A stretch of DNA of 52,376 nt from Psammoneis japonica. Its lineage: Eukaryota. The translations under genes and the position numbers were made by a program. The notes under the pieces were generated by a model, which did no database searches, had not been told where the DNA came from, and saw only the letters and a program-made list of their open reading frames with translations. Below are positions 46,601 through 52,376 of this stretch, piece by piece. The DNA lies in contig QPGO01000012.1 of assembly GCA_008632985.1 (NCBI GenBank), forward strand, positions 806,001-858,376, given 5' to 3'. Within the stretch, counting starts at the first letter, position 1, and every line of letters starts with the position of its first letter.

Positions 46601-49600
46601 TCTTTGTCCTGAAAAATAGAATTCGGTGACACATGCGTCATCGAGGAAAGGCAACAGGCATGACAATGCCGCCAGGTTTCCGTCCGATCAAAAGGGCACG
46701 AGCGAAGAAAAAGGGCAGCAGTGTCGCTTTTCTGTTGCAACTTCTGGAGCTGGGTCTTCTGGGCACCAATGGGGGCAATGTAGCACCCGAGGGTCTCATG
46801 TGGAGTGCACGCAGACAGTTGCGTGCTCGAATGAGAAGCAGACCTGTCGGCAGAAAAAATTTCTACATCAATGTCGTCGTGATGTGGACAGAGAAAGGGC
46901 TCACCGTGTTCCGTGAAATCCCATTCAATGGCATGAAAGGAACACTTTGGAAGTTCTAATTCATGTCCTGCCGCGTCGAGCAGATCGCACCATAGTTGGT
47001 TATCTTGTTTCAAGGCATGGGACAATTCGAACGCTGTTGGTTGGGGGCCAGTCCTAAACTCGTTGACCTGTTTGGAAGTGTCATCGACGTAGCCTCTGTT
47101 GCATGCTCTGATGAAGAACTTCCCATCTGGAGTCTCGAAAAAGGACCCGATCGCATTGGCGTCAAAAATGTCAAACAAACGACTGCACAGGGCACTCCAG
47201 CACCAAGGAGAGTTGCCGCTCCCTTGTCCTGTTCCGTAAAGAGGGTGCTGAGAAGAGTGTGAGTAACTGCGCTGCGCAAGACCCAGCAGTGTGCGAAGCC
47301 AGTGTCGAGCATGGTGCAGAGTTGACATGTTCACTTCCACCACGGATGAAGACATGCCGTCACTTCGTGAACACAATCCCACAACAGACGGAATGTTCCG
47401 ATCGCAGCAGGAGGTGCAGTCGTCGTCGCTGGTCAGCAACGTCTTGCGGGACGCTCGGGTTATTTCCAACATCAAATTTTCCAAGAACACTGGCGTTTGA
47501 GCTGACAGGAAAGACCGACAACCACAGATTCCCGGATCACACGTGCGATGGTTCTCCACATGCTGAGCTAGCTCTCGCCATTTGACGCTTGTAATGATTT
47601 GAAAGTCTGCCTCGCAGATGTGTGTCACACGCAATCTGTGCATTTTGTTGTTCCCAGGTTCTTTAAAGATCACAACGTTGACGACATCCTTCCATCGGTC
47701 ATGAGAATGACCCCATTTCAGAGCGCAGTTGATCAAGTGAAGGCAAATCTTGAAGAGAGTCTGTTGGATCTGGTCGAGAGATTCTTTCCGGGAGGATGGA
47801 TTCCCCTCTTTGTCAGTGTCCTTGGCAAAGGAGTGGGGGGCGTGCAATGCCTTCCAGTGGCCCAAGTGCAACCCTGACTTGACAGACGTTGAAGTCGATT
47901 CAGACCATGACTTTAATTTCGAGAGAAGAGATTCTGCTGACAAAAAGTGTGGACCACTTCAAGCTGCCATGGCATGGAGAGGGCATTGTTGTTGGGCAGG
48001 CAAGGGGACAAGGAAAACCTGTTGGCTTGCTGCAAAAGATTCGTGGGCTTGGTTGAGGTTGTGGAGAGGTCTTGTGGTGGGATTGCACCCATGGGATCAG
48101 CTGAGAGAAGAATCCAAAGTGTGCCTCTGAGTCCAACAAGGCCATTGAGATTGAAAAGGACAAGTTTTCAGGAGCCATGTTTTTGGATGGAGCTTGCAAA
48201 AGGAAGTTTGGATGCGTTCTTGATGGACTGCAAACTGATCATGCATTGGGGAACAAGAAGCACCCTAAGAAGGTTGAAGATGCTTTGGAGTTTCTGACTT
48301 TGCATTGGGAGCAGAGAGCCAAAGGAAAGAAGAAAGACTTGAAGTGTTCCAAGGACAACGAGGACCAAGAACTGGGGTTGTCATTTGTGGAAGTGGAGCA
48401 TGGATTGAAGTGCTGGAAATGCAGAAAGTGCGGACATGAAAAGGCAGATTGTCCACCTGCAGCAAAGAAGGATGAGGAAGTGAACATTTTCCAAGTCTGC
48501 GGATGGGCAGGCCAAACTTTTGCATGCCCAAGAATCAAGTTGTGAATTGCAATTGCTTGTGCAAAGGAGTGTGTTGGAAATCAAGGATTTTGTTGTGCAG
48601 ATGATGGTCAGAAGGGCGGCTGTTGAACCAAAAGATGTGGCTTGTGTTGTGCCGAAGTGCACCAGTGTGTGGCACAGAAAAGGTGTGGAAATGAAGCTTC
48701 TCACTCTTTGTGGTGACACTCAACTGTTGGCACACTGCATTTGTGACTCATGCCACAGACAGGAGTCTCAGGGGCTGCATTGTCCAACAACACCTTCTGT
48801 TGGGGGAACAGGTGATGCAGAACCCACGGCACAAAAGACAACGTCAAAGATGAATCACAAAAAAGCAACTCCAGAGACAAAACCAAAACCAACACCTGCA
48901 AGAAATGGTGTTTACAAGAACAAGAATGGGTCCAACAAACTGTGACTGAAAACAAAGCAGATGAGCGGGAACATGCAGAAGGAAATGGCGTTGCCAAAAA
49001 GGCTTTGTCAAATGTCGATGCACAACCGGAGCCAGTGCAAAAAGATGCACCACCTCCTCGAGGCAAAGCAAGAATTGTTTGCGGGTGTTTTGGAACAAAG
49101 CACACAAGTTCAATGAATTGCTTGTGCTGTGGTTGCATGTCATGCGAGTGCGAAAGCTGCAGCTGTTGTCTGTTTTGTGGTTTCCTGGTGCAGCAATTTA
49201 AACCAGAGTGTGCAAGGCACTGCCTGTCAATGCAAAGATGAAGCGCATGAATGGGTTTTGCTCACTCCCTGGTTCTCTGTCTTTGTGCCCAAATGGATGC
49301 TGCAATGATGCACAAGGAGAGGTCATCGAAATTTGACCAAGACTTTGCCAGCCAAACGACAACATTGGATGGCCAGGCTGGCTGCTTTTCCAAGTCAAAG
49401 TCTGCATGGTGTTGAGGAGCAACGCATTAAAGACCTGCCTCCATCAGCGTGGCAATCAATCTTTAGATGCAGCTTTCTGAGTGATTTGTCGTGTGCCCTT
49501 GCTCATTGTTTGAACAAACAGCACAGCTTGCTCGGTCAGCGGACCGCTCTGCTTCCATTGCATGCAGCCAGTCGTCCCGTGCCGCCAACCGCCTTGTTCT

Positions 49601-49809
49601 GTGAAAGCTGTTTCAATCATTAACATATATTAGTAGTTGAGTACATGTTAAAACGTCACGTTCAATCGTCAATATGGCGATGCACATACGTGGAGTGTTG
49701 TTCCACGTACAGTCCTGTGTATGTTTCTACGTGAGTTTGGAATTTTGACTTTTGAGTTTCCACCGCCATTTTTTGATTTTTGTGTGATTGCATTGTTCCA
49801 AGGAACACC

Positions 49810-51075
49810 ATGATACGGCACCCGGTCTTTCTCTTGTTGCTTCTTTTGCAAGTCACTAATGCGTTTGTTCAACTCTCGCATATACGAGTATCAACAAGAA
49901 AGTCTGCTAGGATCTTCCAAGCAGCAACCGTGCAAGACGAAACGGTCGAGTCACCTGCATCCGTTGTGTTTTATGACGACGTAATTGACGAGTCTCTCCC
50001 CGACGGTGTGGTTTGTGCTCGTGGTGTTTGTGTCTTGCCCGAAGAATATGATGAGAGCACTGAAAACAGGGACGGCAGTCTTTTTGACAAGATGCTCAAT
50101 TCGTACATTGGTCCTCGAGCCCTCTTGGCCGGAGCGTCCGTTTTGTATGGAACCAACTTTCCACTCGGAGCCATCATGAATGACTCGCTTCCTCCGTCGG
50201 CAGCGACAAGCGCACGCATGGTCATGGCAGCCTTGGCTTTATCGCCTTTTTTATTTCGGTTAAATCCAAAGCTCTCTGCATCGGCACTGCTGTGTGGGTG
50301 TTTTACGGCACTGGGATACATTACCCAATCACTAGCGCTCGTCGATACCAGTCCAGCGACGGTTGCCTTTTTGGGAGCTGCCACAGTGATTGTCTGTCCG
50401 ACACTGGAAGCCTTGGTCAATAAGAAACCCATGGGACTTTCGGATGCACCACAAACGTGGTTGGCGGCCATGTTGTGTCTTGTTGGAGTTGGTATTTTGG
50501 AACTGTACGATCCAACCGGAGCTGCCGATCCTCTGTCCCAAGTGGGAGCGGGCGATGTTTTGTCGATTCTTCAGGCGGTTGGATTTGGGACTTCCTTTTT
50601 CCTAACCGAACGCATGATGCGAGGTGAGCCGGATCAAGCATTGCCCATCACAGCCGTGCAAGTGTCGACTACTGCGTTCCTTTGCATGATTTGGTGTCTA
50701 TCCGATGGCTGGATTGGTACGGCTGGTTCGGAATCGTTTGCCTTGCCCAACTTGTTCTTTTCGGCTCCCGCCATGACGGCCTTTGCCGTAGCGTGGACAG
50801 GCGTCGTCACGACGGCCATGAATCGGTTTGGTGAAACGCTTGCGCTGGGAAAAATGTCATCGGCCGAAGCGTCCGTCATTTTGGCAACCGAACCGCTGTG
50901 GGCGGCGCTCTTTGCAGCGCTTTTGCTTCAAGAAAGCTTTGGAATCAATGATTATGTTGGTGGGTTCTTGATTGTTTTGGCTTGTCTTGCCAACACGTTG
51001 GATCCGAAGCAAGTAAAGGGTATCTTGTCGAAAGAGAATAAGGATGAGACGATGAACACAGAAGGAGCTAGGTGA
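49810..51075 (+). CDS. EamA/DMT-superfamily transporter with probable bipartite plastid-targeting presequence
   Basis: MIRHPVFLLLLLLQVTNA-F (signal peptide + ASAF-type motif); ~10 TM helices; LYGTNF, GYITQSLAL..T, SAEASVILATEPLWAA. Confidence 0.9.
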   Translation: MIRHPVFLLLLLLQVTNAFVQLSHIRVSTRKSARIFQAATVQDETVESPASVVFYDDVIDESLPDGVVCARGVCVLPEEYDESTENRDGSLFDKMLNSYIGPRALLAGASVLYGTNFPLGAIMNDSLPPSAATSARMVMAALALSPFLFRLNPKLSASALLCGCFTALGYITQSLALVDTSPATVAFLGAATVIVCPTLEALVNKKPMGLSDAPQTWLAAMLCLVGVGILELYDPTGAADPLSQVGAGDVLSILQAVGFGTSFFLTERMMRGEPDQALPITAVQVSTTAFLCMIWCLSDGWIGTAGSESFALPNLFFSAPAMTAFAVAWTGVVTTAMNRFGETLALGKMSSAEASVILATEPLWAALFAALLLQESFGINDYVGGFLIVLACLANTLDPKQVKGILSKENKDETMNTEGAR

Positions 51076-51557
51076 GCAAATAGTTTGGAGAGGTAATGAC
51101 TGTGTATCACGGAACTATGATAATATTGGAAAACACAACCAATCCATCCATTGGCTATCGGGTGGATGCTAAGATGCTAGCTAAAGAAAAAAATGCAGGT
51201 ACACACAAAGCGAAACAGAAGTATTCTGCATGCCAGCTCATTAATAGGTGTTCACGAATGCACTAGCTGTCGCAAAGACCACCAGTCGTTCAACAGTGCC
51301 TCATTGATTGACGACGCCAAACCTGGAACCCCACAGAGCCAAGAACGAAGGCAACGTTACGGCCGTTTCTCGAATCATCATTTCCTCGAAGGGTCGATGT
51401 TGAGTCGTGCGTTTCCCGCGACCTCGTGAACAAATTAATTGCGCCGCGACTTCCTTCTTGACACGACTGAACTTTCAAACCTCGCGTTTTTGCCTCTTGC
51501 CACAAACAATCGAAACGGCGGTACCACAATAATTCAAACAATCTAAACACATTGGAA

Positions 51558-52103
51558 ATGCGCACTTTGATCTACGTTGCATTGGTCGAGGCATGTGTCT
51601 TGCTATATTCGCAAGCCTGCCTACCTCCATCCTCCAGTTGCAACGTGACATTTTATGCTGCTGCTGTGGGTAAAAACGACAACACGACGGCTTGCCATGA
51701 TCCGAAAGACGCGCAACTAGGCAAAGAAACACTCGAGATCCATTCGCTCATCTGTGGAATACCTGAGAACCACTCAATAGGAGCCTCCTATGAATGCTGC
51801 ATCAATTCCTCGAAACTGACAGATTATTATGGATTGAAGAACTTGTCCGTCCCCGAGAATGCATCACGTGCTCACTTGGACTGCGAGATTCTCACTGGCT
51901 GTGATGAATCTGACGTAATACACAATGGAGTAAGGTTTATTTGGCCGGAAGTGGTACTATCAATATTTATTGTTGCTGCTCTTGTCTTCTGCTATTACTG
52001 GATGAAGAAGCAAAACAAGGAACACATCAGGTTGCGACAAGAGCAAGCCAGGCATGCAACCGCTGAAATCTACCGACAAGCGTCAGAAGACGACATTATC
52101 TAG
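51558..52103 (+). CDS. Small type-I membrane protein (signal peptide, Cys-rich N-glycosylated ectodomain, one TM)
   Basis: MRTLIYVALVEACVLLYSQA; several NxS/T sites; TM VVLSIFIVAALVFCYYW followed by KK. Confidence 0.65.
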   Translation: MRTLIYVALVEACVLLYSQACLPPSSSCNVTFYAAAVGKNDNTTACHDPKDAQLGKETLEIHSLICGIPENHSIGASYECCINSSKLTDYYGLKNLSVPENASRAHLDCEILTGCDESDVIHNGVRFIWPEVVLSIFIVAALVFCYYWMKKQNKEHIRLRQEQARHATAEIYRQASEDDII

Positions 52104-52376
52104 AGACAGTATACTTGCTAATCTTCAACTATAATTTCATTTCCGCAGTTTGTTGCATCAAACTTTGATTTTCGTGGAGCGTGGTTCTCAGTCTGTCGTG
52201 GTCCATTGTGCCGAAGAGAGCGCTGCACAACACTGGCAACCCGAATTGCGCAAATAATGTGGAAATGCTTTCCGACGCAAGTGAATTGATTACAGTAATG
52301 TCGATGACATTGTGGTGTGCATGACGCGATCCGCCATGGTGGTGGATGGTGGATGGTTGATGGCAGATGGAGTCGT

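Larger units (their letters stand above)
38545..47940 (-). mobile_element. 5'-truncated LINE with RT, RNase H and C-terminal CCHC (Ambal/L1-like), interrupted by gypsy #2
   Basis: GTGQGSGNSP, GYVDDT (RT); GSDGS, SSHRAEACG, HCDNKS, WAKGHQD, NIRADRLA (RNase H); CLEC...EDRDHILRC. Removing gypsy #2 and one TSD gives in-frame VEEHKTFTTVRIQNW... with stop at 38651-38649. Confidence 0.88.
37679..48789 (+). mobile_element. gag-only non-autonomous LTR element (copia-type gag), host to nested LINE and gypsy
   Basis: LTRs at 37679-37897 and 48572-48789 (TGTTGGA...TCCAACA), 5-bp TSD ACACC. gag pieces at ~38100-38540 and ~47940-48545 end in CWKCRKCGHEKADC. No pol before the 3' LTR. Confidence 0.88.
37301..49230 (+). 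pseudogene. TRIP4/RQT4 (activating signal cointegrator 1)-like pseudogene split by an 11-kb nested insertion (parts 37301-37678 and 48790-~49230)
   Basis: N-part LADLIGFEDGVDDVLDHLISID-[intron 37415-37526]-DLIDCMSQLLG*..FVKD. C-part CGCFGTKH...NCLCCGCMSC.....CLFCG is a C2HC5 zinc finger. The two parts are joined by TSD ACACC. Confidence 0.75.

Noticed and set aside
790..49620. Alternative genetic code or amino-acid bias as cause of Tyr loss
   Set aside because: Neighbouring genes use Tyr and TAA/TAG normally, and non-coding LTRs and MITEs show the same change.
790..49620. Classical RIP or APOBEC/ADAR editing of retroelements
   Set aside because: RIP creates TpA rather than removing it. Retro-editing would be strand-biased and would not touch TIR elements or an intron-containing pseudogene.
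17830..49620. Hundreds of short overlapping Cys/His-rich ORFs as real genes or metal-binding proteins
   Set aside because: They are explained by loss of TAA/TAG and gain of TGY/CAY codons; most are antisense or off-frame to recognisable TE proteins.

Overview
Eukaryotic genomic DNA, most likely from a diatom. This is inferred from a signal-peptide+'NAF' plastid presequence, a short GT-AG intron, CoDi-type copia and diatom-type gypsy/LINE elements. Six apparently intact host genes are present: a RING-finger C-terminus, an acidic protein, a two-exon ammonium transporter, an MRG15/EAF3-family chromatin protein, an EamA/DMT transporter and a small type-I membrane protein. They lie among roughly 40 kb of nested, decayed transposons: two Ty3/gypsy, a copia, a gag-only LTR element, an RT-RNaseH LINE, two RLE non-LTR fragments, Sola1-like and piggyBac-like transposases, and several MITEs. 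The main signal is that repeat and pseudogene DNA has lost nearly all TpA dinucleotides by TA->TG or TA->CA change (A-to-G on either strand), turning Tyr into Cys/His throughout, while the intact genes are spared. LTR pairs and MITE copies show this happened after insertion and at the DNA level, with a context bias (TTY-TA survives). It looks like an 'inverse RIP' genome-defence hypermutation, and I know of no description of it. Also present are bacterial-looking fragments (PilX N-terminus, sulfotransferase), an array of 42-bp palindromes with ~62-bp period, and a TRIP4/RQT4 pseudogene split by a three-level TE nest. All coordinates and counts were read by eye.
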